Origin: Botryllus schlosseri
Lineage: Eukaryota
Direction of reading: 5' to 3'
DNA: 64,000 bases
Assembly (NCBI GenBank): GCA_051294905.1
Contig: CM119371.1
Location: 12,340,001-12,404,000 of the forward strand
Both the position numbers and the translations under genes were made by a program. Below the pieces are notes generated by a model. The model did not search any database, had not been told where the DNA came from, and saw only the letters and a program-made list of their open reading frames with translations. Shown one piece after another: positions 63,868-64,000 of the stretch; within the stretch, counting starts at the first letter, position 1; every line of letters starts with the position of its first letter.

Positions 63868-64000
63868 CAGTGGTTCCCAACCTTTTCGTCTTCATTCCCC
63901 ACTTTATATTTAAGCCGAGCCTTCATTCCCCACCAGGACCGTAACAGCACTTCGTCAGCCCCCCCCCCCCCAAAAAAAAAAACGTTGGTCGTGGGCAGAG
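63868..64000. mobile_element. Start of another Charlie-like element (runs off window)
   Basis: cagtggttcccaacc preceded by tctaaag; aggaccgtaacagcac module as at ~29875. Confidence 0.7.

Overview
AT-rich eukaryotic (invertebrate-animal-like; very short ~60 nt introns) genomic DNA dominated by nested transposable elements, with no sign of prokaryotic gene organisation. Left half (about 1.9-28.7 kb): a + strand host gene missed by the ORF track, built from phase-0 exons encoding a divergent LRR-like repeat. One 120+150 nt exon pair is present in three intact, non-identical copies plus a truncated one. Introns hold a CMC/EnSpm-type non-autonomous element, a decayed Mutator transposase, many hAT MITEs and tRNA-derived SINEs. 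Right half: an 18 kb nested structure. A second copy of the CMC element (41627-59724) carries (i) a full-length I-group (Nimb-like) LINE with TSDs, itself interrupted, and (ii) a spliced THAP/P-element transposon with an 8-bp TSD, non-matching extreme ends and ~230-bp subterminal inverted repeats that duplicate the transposase start region. Two SINE copies share their 3' stem-loop with the LINE, while a third copy of the same SINE head carries a different tail. All calls are by-eye; no database searches were run.
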